Assembly: GCA_003141275.1 (NCBI GenBank)
Contig: PLLM01000061.1
Coordinates: 7,131-71,130, forward strand
DNA: 64,000 nucleotides
Direction: 5' to 3'
DNA from: Phycisphaerales bacterium
GTDB taxonomy: Bacteria > Planctomycetota > Phycisphaerae > Sedimentisphaerales > Anaerobacaceae
Positions 54,701-62,993 of the stretch are shown piece by piece. Each line of letters begins with the position of its first letter. The stretch's first letter is position 1. Below the pieces are notes generated by a model. The model was not told the origin of the DNA and ran no database searches. It was given only the letters and a program-made list of their open reading frames with translations. Position numbers and translations under genes: made by a program.

Positions 54701-55956
54701 CCTTGAAGGCGAATCCGCAGGATATGGAATTGCGGCTGTATAAAGCTCGTCTGCTGATTTCGCAGGGTACGTTACCTTCCCTGGAAGGAGCTAAAAGTAT
54801 CCTTGAAACTGTAACTGAACAGCAGCCGTTAAGCAGCGAGGCATGGCAGCTTCTCGCTGAAGTCGCCACAAGACAGGGACAATCCGCCAGGGCGACGGAT
54901 ATCACTCTTAGAGGTCTTGCCTACCGCCCCAATGACAAGGGCTTATTGTTGCTGAGGGCAAAACTTTTGAAAGATCGGTCACCGATGCTTGCCGTTCCAA
55001 TTTTCCGCACCCTGCTGGAAATGGAACCAAATGATTCCGAGATGACGGCCTATCTTGCCGAGACGTATATCGACGCGGGAGAGTATGGACAGGCGATGAC
55101 TTTGCTCAAGTCGCGGCTGGGTATGCAAAATACACCTGCGGCCGAGCGACGGCTGAAGATTGCCCTTGCTACGGCGACGTACAAGCTCGGCAATACAGAT
55201 GATGCGGAAAAGACGCTGGATGCTCTGCAGCAATCGTTGCCTGATGACCCTTTGCCTTTACTCGCTAAGATCCGACTGCTTAAAAGCGATAAAATGTGGG
55301 ACCAAATAAACCAAGCGGTAATAAGCTGGTGCCAATCGCATCCTAACGATGTAAATGTACCTCTGGTTGTGGCTAATAACCTAGCCGGCAGCCAAGAATA
55401 TGAACTGAAAAAAATAGCGGAAGATTTGCTCGGGCGAATCTTGCGGCAAAATCCGGATTCTCGCGGGGCGATATACTCGCTTGCGACGCTGCTTCAGGCA
55501 ACGGGTCGTTCCGCCGAAGCCGCCAAGCTTTATCAGCGTTTCCTTTTGCTGGATCCCAATAACGTCACCGCTGTTAATAATCTCGCATGGATTCTTTGCG
55601 AGGACCAGAGCCAGTATCAACAAGCTCTGGAACTGGCTGAAAAAGGACTTGCAAAAGAGCCAAATTATGTTGACCTGCTCGATACTCGCGGTGTGGTCTA
55701 TTATCGGCTCGGCCGTTTTGAACGTGCAGTTGAAGACCTGTCTCGGTGTATTAATCTTTACCCCGAGCGTTCGCAATCGCTTGTAGCTTCATACTTTCAC
55801 CTGGCAAGAGCATTGGCGAAGCTTGGGCAAATCAGCCAGGCCGTTGACAATCTTAAAAAGGCCCTTGATTTGAATAATTCGGCAGGGGGGCTAACCGCCT
55901 CCGATTTGACTGAGGCTAGACAGCTTCTCCAAAAGCTGTCGGAAGGAGGCAGTTAA
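51781..55956 (+). CDS. 1391-aa membrane-anchored TPR-repeat protein (PrsT-like PEP-CTERM-system TPR protein, greatly extended)
   Basis: N-terminal anchor 'WKLAVVLLMGLAVLAATAFGL', then TPR-like helical repeats along the whole length ('AIAAYRTILRLEPGYIEAALRLSEVYL', 'ALELAEKGLAKEPNYVDLLDTRGVVYYRLGRFERAVEDLSRCINLYP'). Position and architecture match the TPR component described for PEP-CTERM/EpsH loci. Confidence 0.8.
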   Translation: MGKRYFNWKLAVVLLMGLAVLAATAFGLRHWQRSRRASQGLLLGNKAYSESRWYESANQFGRYLGVSPDDIPILLKYADSHLKIRPLKSGNVQQAIAAYRTILRLEPGYIEAALRLSEVYLGLNQAAEAEQVAARALQSAQSVELRRRLAFALAVQRKFTVAANELENIIKDNPNDVQSYEIIGKLAEQRPQDFNIPAQFWFDEAVKKNPSSAQAFIIRGAYNLRRGERAQAVADFNDAAKKDLSDPNIRLQLASQLVIAGDLEQARRHLDIVVGQNPSSQDLWRIWVQLAKKSGDTSLMLEVADNGLKSLSLQPWDFMPLAVEIYIRGGRLDKAADCLLRLHQKDINPPATAFLDGLLAEAKGQGYEAVGYWQKAMDLGAEPANVRIMLARELSNLGDTLSAIKQLRALVSEQPSHFRARIELAKLLGDIGRWGESLEHAKTALQISPQDADAIFTYARAGVNLMTGKTAGYNSVSAKELEEYLRKLDDVTGGQVDVKLLEVQLAVNIADFNRAELLLGQLKKEYPLDIRVVFAKTKLLVSQGKTGEAIALLTEAVDKSPDSVVLVKTLAGLLLAQDTKQQCEEVVSRAMANSREPSIKRQFGLLLASLYANWNEETKRCDLLAQLSDKFPDDIPVLRTMLTCQTVLRDLTRAQKFVDRIKNIEGEKGWQWRYEQARVWFAQEDFNSTYPQLVLLLKENLLDNPDNQVSRMLLAAAYERAGDMRLAVATYEEVLNHSPEDVRVMVITAGALYKANEYDRADQILRRAAENRIENPELKRLQLRSFIRRGEIDSAGTVLEDLLTADPNNQSIGLSLVFLQMRQGRLDEAEKTLDALNIGDSNSLSAAAARVELNIRQGKTADAIKICDNMVAKLNNASSLVLRARTFALLGQNDKAQTDLEQAVSAEPNNVEVWLAKSDFYRSINHIDKSIEDVRHALIISPTDLMAQKRAILLYLVSSNSAMRREGMSLLENALKANPQDMELRLYKARLLISQGTLPSLEGAKSILETVTEQQPLSSEAWQLLAEVATRQGQSARATDITLRGLAYRPNDKGLLLLRAKLLKDRSPMLAVPIFRTLLEMEPNDSEMTAYLAETYIDAGEYGQAMTLLKSRLGMQNTPAAERRLKIALATATYKLGNTDDAEKTLDALQQSLPDDPLPLLAKIRLLKSDKMWDQINQAVISWCQSHPNDVNVPLVVANNLAGSQEYELKKIAEDLLGRILRQNPDSRGAIYSLATLLQATGRSAEAAKLYQRFLLLDPNNVTAVNNLAWILCEDQSQYQQALELAEKGLAKEPNYVDLLDTRGVVYYRLGRFERAVEDLSRCINLYPERSQSLVASYFHLARALAKLGQISQAVDNLKKALDLNNSAGGLTASDLTEARQLLQKLSEGGS

Positions 55957-55957
55957 G

Positions 55958-56347
55958 ATGTCCCTATCCTCAAAGAAACCAGATAATGTAGAAAACAATC
56001 ACGGCTCATCATCTAACGTTCGATTGCCGGTTCGTATCCTGGATGATACTCAATGGCTTTTCATTCGCAAAAGCTTTCGTATGAGCCCGCGTGAGTTGAT
56101 TGTTGCAAAGTTTGTTTGTGGCGGACTGAGTAATGAAGAAATTGCAACCCGATTGGGCATTAAAACGGCAACTATAAAAACGCACTTGCGTAATATTTAT
56201 CGGCGAATACGCGTGCAGCGAAAACTTGATATGCTGCTTACGTTTCTTGACCAAAGTGCTAAATATTCAGGTACTCGTTCAGATGTACCCATAAACGCTG
56301 TTGATGCCCCGACTATACGCAAAATTGGCAATAAAACCGGCCGTTAG
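55958..56347 (+). CDS. LuxR/GerE-family helix-turn-helix transcriptional regulator (no receiver domain)
   Basis: 'MSPRELIVAKFVCGGLSNEEIATRLGIKTATIKTHLRNIYRRIRVQRKLDML' is the GerE HTH. The ATG lies 1 nt after the stop of the TPR gene. Confidence 0.85.
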   Translation: MSLSSKKPDNVENNHGSSSNVRLPVRILDDTQWLFIRKSFRMSPRELIVAKFVCGGLSNEEIATRLGIKTATIKTHLRNIYRRIRVQRKLDMLLTFLDQSAKYSGTRSDVPINAVDAPTIRKIGNKTGR

Positions 56348-56569
56348 TTCAATCGCACTTTTCATTTCCCTTTGTTCTTTCTTCATCAGGCATTCCCTAT
56401 ATTACCACATAGGCGTTTCTTTGTTATATGACATCCAAAATGTTAAAGCCCATCAATAATTCTTCTTGTAAAATACCACTAATAAGTTACTTCAAATAGG
56501 GTAGAATGTGCGTTTTTTATCAAATATTAAGGGATAACTCAGCAATAAAAAAAACGGACGGTTTCCCCC

Positions 56570-56599
56570 TTGACAAAGTAGGGTATTTTAAGCTAGAAT
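56570..56599 (+). promoter_or_regulatory. Candidate sigma70-type promoter upstream of PEP-CTERM genes 56986/57659
   Basis: TTGACA (56570-56575), an 18-nt spacer, TAGAAT (56594-56599). It would give a leader of about 380 nt. Confidence 0.45.
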
Positions 56600-56985
56600 C
56601 ATACGTAAGGTTTGGTAGCCAGGGAAGGGATCCCACTGATGTGCTGGCATTTAGCAATCTGGTGCGGATTTGCATTTGGGCTACCTATTAAAACGAGAAA
56701 CTGTTTTGCTTAGCTGTGCCGTCTAAAGTCTGGAGGCGACGGCACGGAGGCGGAGAAGAACGTGGTTAGTAGCTTTATAGTTGTTTGTATTGGCTGTGGC
56801 ATTATTCTTGCCTTTTTGCGCGATGAATTTCAATCCGCGCGGTCAGGTAAGACATTATTTGGCCGGTCATCTTCTGTGTATGTCTGTGAGATATCCCCAG
56901 AATATTCTGAGTGTGTTCGTGGAACACCTCTTGGCGTGTGAATTAATTAACAGTAAACTTTAAAATTTAGGAAGGGGTAAAAATT

Positions 56986-57624
56986 ATGAAAAAGTTGGTT
57001 TTAGTGGCCGTAATGGCTTTGATGGTATCACCGGTTTTGGCTTTTCCGACGTTGCCAGATGGAGCGGATGCCTATTGGGCCATCAACGATGCGACGGGCC
57101 AGGCTGATGCAAGAATTATTTTCGAGAATACTGGAACAGGTTACACTTTCGGGATATTTGATAAGAATAACATCGCAAACAAACTCGAGGTGTTTACTAG
57201 TTCAAGTGTTACAGGCGACGCAGCCGTGGTAACCATCCTTGGCGATGTTTCAGGTGGTATATCTTTACAGTCGGGAAACACGACTCATTTTGCGGGGTGG
57301 GAAACCGCAACTTTTGCCGGAAATGCTTTCGGATATTACCTGACTACACCACAAGACGTGACATTTTATAGCGACACACTTTTAAATCCTGGCGAGATTG
57401 ACCATATGACCGCCGGTATTGTGAATCCAGGGTCTGAGTATCAATTAACCTGGGACGCTGGCCTTGTAGGCGACGACTTTATAGGCATCACGGCTAATAC
57501 CTCTAACTCTTTTGTTGCCAATGTAGAATCCGTTCACCCGGTTGTTCCCGCTCCCGGTGCAGTTCTGCTGGGCAGTATTGGTGTCAGCCTTGTCGGCTGG
57601 TTAAGAAGAAAGAACACAATATAA
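56986..57624 (+). CDS. PEP-CTERM sorting-domain protein (family A paralogue, VPAPGA tail)
   Basis: Signal peptide 'MKKLVLVAVMALMVSPVLA'. The body is near-identical to 17678..18256. C-terminus 'VPAPGAVLLGSIGVSLVGWLRRKNTI'. Confidence 0.9.
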   Translation: MKKLVLVAVMALMVSPVLAFPTLPDGADAYWAINDATGQADARIIFENTGTGYTFGIFDKNNIANKLEVFTSSSVTGDAAVVTILGDVSGGISLQSGNTTHFAGWETATFAGNAFGYYLTTPQDVTFYSDTLLNPGEIDHMTAGIVNPGSEYQLTWDAGLVGDDFIGITANTSNSFVANVESVHPVVPAPGAVLLGSIGVSLVGWLRRKNTI

Positions 57625-57658
57625 AAAACTAACGAAATATTTTTTTAGGAGGTTTAAA

Positions 57659-58273
57659 ATGATGCAAAGGTTATTAATGGTTTTATTGGTTCTCGCGGCA
57701 ATTGGTACCGTGAACGCCAATGTAACAAAGGAGACAGGTGCAATCGCGGATATGACCGACGGTTCGGCATATGCATGGAACATCGCATGCGGCCCGCTTG
57801 CGTCAGGCGAAACCATCACTGGCGCCACCTTGACGTTCACCAACCTCAAGGATGTAGATTACGGTTCCCTCGACAAATTCTACACCAATCTGTTGGATAA
57901 CCATGTAACCGCAGCCAATGGTTGGGTTAGAGCTGGTGGCGATACAGACCCATATTATTGGTATGGGACGCCGACAGGCGTAGGTGACTACTTTACTGGT
58001 AATAACACCCCGAACGTACTGGTAGGCACATATACCCCAACGAACAACAATGCTATTAGTTTCAGTTATAACATAGACGCTACAACATTAGCAAACTACA
58101 TGGCTGATGGTCAAATCGCATTTGGGTTCGACCCGGACTGCGAATGGACCGTGGACAACATTAAATTTACGCTGTCCACCACGACTAACACCGTTCCGGC
58201 TCCTGGCGCTATGCTGCTGGGCGGCATTGGCGTGAGTATTGTCGGCTGGCTCAAACGTCGCAGAGCGCTATAA
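57659..58273 (+). CDS. PEP-CTERM sorting-domain protein (VPAPGA tail)
   Basis: RBS AGGAGG upstream. Signal peptide 'MMQRLLMVLLVLAAIGTVNA'. C-terminus 'VPAPGAMLLGGIGVSIVGWLKRRRAL'. Confidence 0.9.
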   Translation: MMQRLLMVLLVLAAIGTVNANVTKETGAIADMTDGSAYAWNIACGPLASGETITGATLTFTNLKDVDYGSLDKFYTNLLDNHVTAANGWVRAGGDTDPYYWYGTPTGVGDYFTGNNTPNVLVGTYTPTNNNAISFSYNIDATTLANYMADGQIAFGFDPDCEWTVDNIKFTLSTTTNTVPAPGAMLLGGIGVSIVGWLKRRRAL

Positions 58274-58306
58274 TATCGGCGAGTTTTTTAGTAACGAGTA
58301 AACCAT

Positions 58307-58354
58307 AAACTCCCTTTCTGCGGGATAAATCCGCAGCGAGGGAGTTTCTTTTTT
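58307..58354 (+). terminator. Intrinsic terminator after the PEP-CTERM gene pair
   Basis: Outer stem aaactccct/agggagttt (58307-58315 and 58339-58347), inner stem ctgcgg/ccgcag, then a T-rich run (tttcttttttt). Confidence 0.75.
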
Positions 58355-58545
58355 AGTTTTCACAGGCAAGAGTGTGCTCTGGGCTGGAGCCGTTTCAGGA
58401 AAAACTAAAAATGCCCCTGATTTTTGGAACATTTGTATTTACGCAAAGGGAAGTTTTGATATAATCCGGTTATTAATGAGGGAACGGATAATTCGGGACA
58501 GCGGATTTATAAAAGTAAGGATTATTATTTTTGGAAGGCACACTA

Positions 58546-60471
58546 ATGAAACGGTTAGTTTTGACAATTCTAATTGCCGCGGGTTTAACATCAATTGCCG
58601 CCGCCAAATACTCCGGCGGGACAGGTACTTCCAGTGACCCGTACCGAATTGCCACAGCCGGGGACCTGCTGGCGCTGGCGGCGGATACAGCCGACTATGA
58701 TGCAAATTTTGTTCTTACGGCGGATATTAACCTTGCCGGCTATACCTTTATAGCCGCTGTAATTGCGCCGGATTCGGATAGTTCGGATGTTTCTTTCAAC
58801 GGCACGAAATTTACCGGTATTTTTGACGGCGCGGGGAAACAAATAGCCAATATGACCATCGACTGCGATGGGGTCGATCACATCGGCCTGTTCGGAGATA
58901 CCGTCGTCGGCAGTGAGATAAAAAACCTGCGACTGAAAAATTTCAGCATCAACGCCGGAGACAATTCAATTTGTATAGGCGGGCTGGCCGGGGAAACCGC
59001 AGGCTATATCCGCAACTGCTTCTCGGAAGGCAATATTATCGGAGATAGTAATTCCTCATATATCGGCGGGCTTGTGGGGGTGGAAGTTAATGATGGCAAT
59101 ATCATCGATTCGTATTCCGTAGGCACCATCACTGGCGGTAATGATTCGAATTATATCGGCGGGCTTGTGGGAGGTATCTACTACAATGGCAATATCCGCA
59201 GGTGTTTTTCGACAAGCGATATTACCGGCGGAAATAATGGTTCATACATCGGTGGTCTGGTGGGAGACAACTATTTAGGCAGTATCGCAAATTGTTTCTC
59301 GACGGGGATCCTTACAAGCGAAACTAATTACTTTAGTGTCGGCGGTCTGGTAGGAAGAAACTTCTGGGGTTCTATCGAAAACTGCTACTCAACAGATGAG
59401 GTATCTGCTGGGGTTACTAAAGCCGACCTCGGCGGATTGGTTGGGACTGATTTAGGTTACATGGGCGTTATCTCTGACAGCTATTTCCTGGATATCGCGG
59501 GGCCTAACAACAATATTGGATTGCTGTTAACAGATATTCAAATGAAGCAGCAGGCGAGTTTCACAGGGTGGGACTTTGTCAATGTCTGGAAAATATCTGA
59601 AGGTACCGGATACCCCAAACTCTTATGGCAGCTAAGCCCTCAGGTGAAAAAATGCAGCATTACGGCGGGCAGCAAGAAAAATACCGACAAGATTTCATTT
59701 TCGGGCACGATGAGTGCAACAGCGGATGACTTCAATGACGCCAATAACTCCAGCGTCGCCAATTTTGTCGAGGTTACAATCAGCGATGAGAATTCTGAGG
59801 ATATGGACCCCTGTGTTTTTACCTTCCCCGTCAACAGCAAGACATTCAAGAAGGGCAAATTCAAAAGCACGATAACCAGTAAACCTTTGAAGATGTCTTT
59901 CGCTTTCGATACCAAGAAGAAGACGTTTTCCTTCTCAGCGACAAATGTTGACCTCACGGGGCTTTCCTGCCCGGTTGGTATTGAGATAAAAGTTGGAGAT
60001 TGGACAGGGACAGCCGAAGTGAATGAAGCGATAGTCAACGGCAAGAAACCGATACCGATTAATCTTTTGATGGACGTCAAAAACTCTCTGCGAGTCGATA
60101 AGTCAAAATTCACAAAGAAATTAAGCGTTATCACCCAGTTGTCCGTCAGCGGCGGGTTCTCGGTGGGAGACCTTGGCGATGCGAATATGGCCGACACTAA
60201 TTCTGTCGCCGAGTTGGCCGGGCAAACCTTTACGATACCGAAGGGAAATTTCAAGGCCAACAAAAAGGGTGACAAATTCACCTGCTCGAAGGTGAAATTA
60301 TATGATGATTCTTTCAACCTTATAGGGATTGCCTCTGCGACGTTTAATTTCAGCAAATGCACTTTTACGCTGACGATTAAGAATACCAATTTCCCAGCCG
60401 ATGCCGGCGACACGGATTTTGGAATTACTTTCGCGAGTTTCATCGGAAGCGACGAAGTTAAGCTGCCTTAG
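58546..60471 (+). CDS. Secreted GLUG-motif repeat protein
   Basis: ATG 58546 gives the signal peptide 'MKRLVLTILIAAGLTSIAAA'. 'KYSGGTGTSSDPYRIATAGDLLALA' is followed by about 8 repeats containing 'IGGLVG' (GLUG motif). The C-terminal half is Lys/Thr-rich and beta-like. Confidence 0.8.
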   Translation: MKRLVLTILIAAGLTSIAAAKYSGGTGTSSDPYRIATAGDLLALAADTADYDANFVLTADINLAGYTFIAAVIAPDSDSSDVSFNGTKFTGIFDGAGKQIANMTIDCDGVDHIGLFGDTVVGSEIKNLRLKNFSINAGDNSICIGGLAGETAGYIRNCFSEGNIIGDSNSSYIGGLVGVEVNDGNIIDSYSVGTITGGNDSNYIGGLVGGIYYNGNIRRCFSTSDITGGNNGSYIGGLVGDNYLGSIANCFSTGILTSETNYFSVGGLVGRNFWGSIENCYSTDEVSAGVTKADLGGLVGTDLGYMGVISDSYFLDIAGPNNNIGLLLTDIQMKQQASFTGWDFVNVWKISEGTGYPKLLWQLSPQVKKCSITAGSKKNTDKISFSGTMSATADDFNDANNSSVANFVEVTISDENSEDMDPCVFTFPVNSKTFKKGKFKSTITSKPLKMSFAFDTKKKTFSFSATNVDLTGLSCPVGIEIKVGDWTGTAEVNEAIVNGKKPIPINLLMDVKNSLRVDKSKFTKKLSVITQLSVSGGFSVGDLGDANMADTNSVAELAGQTFTIPKGNFKANKKGDKFTCSKVKLYDDSFNLIGIASATFNFSKCTFTLTIKNTNFPADAGDTDFGITFASFIGSDEVKLP

Positions 60472-60629
60472 TCGTCTGTTTTGTCGTCGGCGTATTTTCG
60501 GAAGTGGTTGACTTCTGAGTGGGTGAGGAGGCGGAATATTTTCATGATAATAAGTATATCTGCTCGGCCGGAGGCGGACAATGACAATAAACATCCGAAA
60601 CACGGGGGAGGATAAAATATGATTTACAG

Positions 60630-62288
60630 TTACTGCTTGAGATAATTTTCCGCAGCGGCCGCGAAGTCAAGGAAATTTATAATCTGGTCGCCTCGAAAAG
60701 CGGGAGCGATATCGCATTGACCTGCCCCGTTAGTGAGCCATCGGTTTATAAAAACAGATAAATCCATTTCATCGATAACGCCGTCGCCGCCTTCGGGCCA
60801 TATATCGCATCGCGGGTTCCAGCCGGTCATACCTCGTTTTGTTTTCCACGCCCTGCTAATAACAGCCCAATCCTGAAAATTAACTATCCCATTGCCTCTG
60901 TAGGGATATATATCCATGCTGGCTTGTTTTGTTAACCAATGGTCACAAAGCAGGGCAATGTCCAAAATATCCACTCCATCGGGGCATATCCAATCACCCT
61001 TATACAACTTTTCCCAGCTCAACCTGGGATAGTTCATTCCCTCGCAAATGGTCCAGGGGTTTATTTGGCTGCCCGGGGCCTCGCCTGCAAATTGCCATCC
61101 GGCCTTTGTGTATGTATTTTCCGTCATTAATTCGGCTTCGGAGGCATTGTCTTTTGAAAATGACGCTGTTACCGTTCCACTGTCTGCAAAACCGACAAGA
61201 TTGCCCATCTGGTCGGCATTCGGAGTCATATTAGCAACGGCGTAACACCTCGAAATAGTTCCTCCATCATATAGAAGTCCAACCAGTCCGCCGACGCAAT
61301 AACTTCCCGTGACCATTCCCTGCGAATAGCAGTCAAGAACATCGCCTGCGTTTCGTCCCACGAGTCCGCCTGTCTGCTGGTGCCCGGTTACGGTTGCTAT
61401 CGCGTAACTGCATTTCACCACGCCGCGAGAAGTTCCTACCAGGCCGGCCACCTTGTCTCCGCAGCCGGTAATACTTCCCTTCACGTAGCAATTCACAATC
61501 TGGCCGTCGTTATCGCCTGCTAGTCCGCCCATATCACAGCCCTGGCCATACACAATGCCGGAAAATGAGCAATTCTGCATGATGTTGCCGCTGTGGTAAC
61601 TGGTAATGCCGCCGATACCTGTAGCGCCATAAACAGTTGTTTCTACAGTACAATTTGTGATTGCCCCGCCTAAGTTGTATCCAACCAGACCGCCGACGTT
61701 GTTGCTGCCCCGTATTACGCCTCCTTCGACGCTGCATCCTGTAACGGTTCCGCTTCTTAATTTGCCTGCGATTGTCCCAGTGTACATTGATCCTAACCCG
61801 TTAATGTTCGGATTGACCAGAGTCAGGTCCTTTATCAATGCTCCTTTGCCGAGGACGTATCCGAATAGCCCGGTGAAATCATGTCCAACGTGTGAAACAT
61901 TCAGGTTAATGATTCTTTTTTTGTTGCCGTCGAAGACGCCCTTAAAGGGCTTTGAAGTATAGGGGTCCCACAGCAGATACCCGATAATCGGAAATGCGCC
62001 GGGGGTGTTTGAATCGCTCATATTGACATCAGACATCAATAAGAAGTGTTTGTCCCAGTCGTCGGGGTTGTTGCCTATCTGCACCAAATCTTCAGGGGTG
62101 AAAATAAGAAATGGATTATTGCTGTCGCCGTTTCCGCCGCCGTATTTTCCGCTTGCGGCGCCAGCGCAGACCAACACCGCCATCATCATCAGACAAATCA
62201 GGCAATTTCTTCGATTCTTGTTCGCAATGCCTACTGCTTCTCGCCTGATATGCCGCCAGCCGCAATTCCCGCGATTGCAAAACATCAC
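60630..62288 (-). CDS. Secreted GLUG-motif repeat protein with three dockerin-like C-terminal modules
   Basis: 'KYGGGNGDSNNPFLIFTPEDLVQIG' is followed by repeats with 'VGGLVG', 'GGLAG' and 'TGGLVG'. The C-terminus has 'DIYPYRGNGIVNFQDWAVISRAW', 'DIWPEGGDGVIDEMDLSVFINRWL' and 'DIAPAFRGDQIINFLDFAAAAENYL', which look like Ca-binding dockerin-type loops. The exact start is uncertain. Confidence 0.8.
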   Translation of the reverse strand: MMFCNRGNCGWRHIRREAVGIANKNRRNCLICLMMMAVLVCAGAASGKYGGGNGDSNNPFLIFTPEDLVQIGNNPDDWDKHFLLMSDVNMSDSNTPGAFPIIGYLLWDPYTSKPFKGVFDGNKKRIINLNVSHVGHDFTGLFGYVLGKGALIKDLTLVNPNINGLGSMYTGTIAGKLRSGTVTGCSVEGGVIRGSNNVGGLVGYNLGGAITNCTVETTVYGATGIGGITSYHSGNIMQNCSFSGIVYGQGCDMGGLAGDNDGQIVNCYVKGSITGCGDKVAGLVGTSRGVVKCSYAIATVTGHQQTGGLVGRNAGDVLDCYSQGMVTGSYCVGGLVGLLYDGGTISRCYAVANMTPNADQMGNLVGFADSGTVTASFSKDNASEAELMTENTYTKAGWQFAGEAPGSQINPWTICEGMNYPRLSWEKLYKGDWICPDGVDILDIALLCDHWLTKQASMDIYPYRGNGIVNFQDWAVISRAWKTKRGMTGWNPRCDIWPEGGDGVIDEMDLSVFINRWLTNGAGQCDIAPAFRGDQIINFLDFAAAAENYLKQ

Positions 62289-62773
62289 CCTTTACGGCTC
62301 CTTCCGGCAATACTATTGGTACCACTTACCCCCAACAATTTTTCCCCATTTTTTACCCCCCAACCATCATTATACGAAAGCCCTATAACATAATACGCTA
62401 ATGCAAGACCGTAAGTCAAATAAATCTCGCAAAATTCGTATAAAAACGGCTTTTGCAGACGAATTCCCTCAATATGGCAAGGTATAGCTTCTACGTCATC
62501 AGCCCAAATGAGACAGCAAAGATGCCCGTTTTGGTTGACGTTTTTGGCTTCCGATTTCGGTTACCTTTGAGTTAAACTCTTTTCTGTTTTCAATCGTTAA
62601 GTATTTAGGAAAGCTAATCTTACAAGCAGCTTATTTTGCTGAATTGGTCGGCTTCCTTATGGTTCCGCGGTATGATTACTACGCTGGGAGCGTCTTGTAT
62701 GGGCTTTTGAAGTTATACAGGAGGGCGGCTGGGGTGAATATTTTTACAGTACGGGTTCGAGTAGTTTCAAGAG

Positions 62774-62803
62774 TTGACAGTGGCTGTCGGAAGTTGTTAT
62801 ACT
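62774..62803 (+). promoter_or_regulatory. Sigma70-type promoter in front of the tRNA-Arg fragment
   Basis: TTGACA (62774-62779), an 18-nt spacer, TATACT (62798-62803), about 20 nt upstream of tRNA position 1 (62823). Confidence 0.55.
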
Positions 62804-62822
62804 CAAACGACTTAAGATTAAA

Positions 62823-62863
62823 GCGCCCGTAGCTCAGCTGGATAGAGCAACGGATTTCTAATC
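62823..62863 (+). tRNA. Truncated tRNA-Arg(UCU): 5' half only, ending in the 3' strand of the anticodon stem
   Basis: The sequence reads GCGCCCG (acceptor), TA, GCTC-AGCTGGATA-GAGC (D arm), A, ACGGA (anticodon stem), TTTCTAA (loop, anticodon TCT), TC. The expected continuation (C)CGT plus variable loop, T arm and acceptor 3' strand is absent; the sequence continues ttgatatgacc. Confidence 0.75.
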
Positions 62864-62923
62864 TTGATATGACCTATCGCCATTACCCCAAAAATGCGGT
62901 TTTCAAATCGCCATAGCGGTTTT

Positions 62924-62953
62924 TCTGTTCGTCTCTGTTCGTCTCTGTTCGTA
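62924..62953. repeat. Three tandem 10-bp repeats (tctgttcgtc x2 + tctgttcgta)
   Basis: Read directly at 62924-62933, 62934-62943 and 62944-62953. They lie between the tRNA fragment and the 3' end of the integrase gene, so they could be arm-type recombinase or accessory-factor binding sites. Confidence 0.8.
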
Positions 62954-62993
62954 AGTTTTCGCATAATATATGTAAGTGGGACTATAAGTTTTT

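Noticed and set aside
56640-56660. Possible sigma-54 promoter ('ctggcatttagcaatc') upstream of PEP-CTERM genes
   Set aside because: The GG to GC spacing is 8 nt rather than the 12 nt of the TGGCAC-N5-TTGC consensus. No enhancer-binding-protein gene is present in the window.
59640-60443. 267-aa minus-strand ORF inside the GLUG protein gene
   Set aside because: It is antisense to a Lys/Thr-rich coding region, which keeps the opposite frame open by composition. There is no signal for an independent gene.
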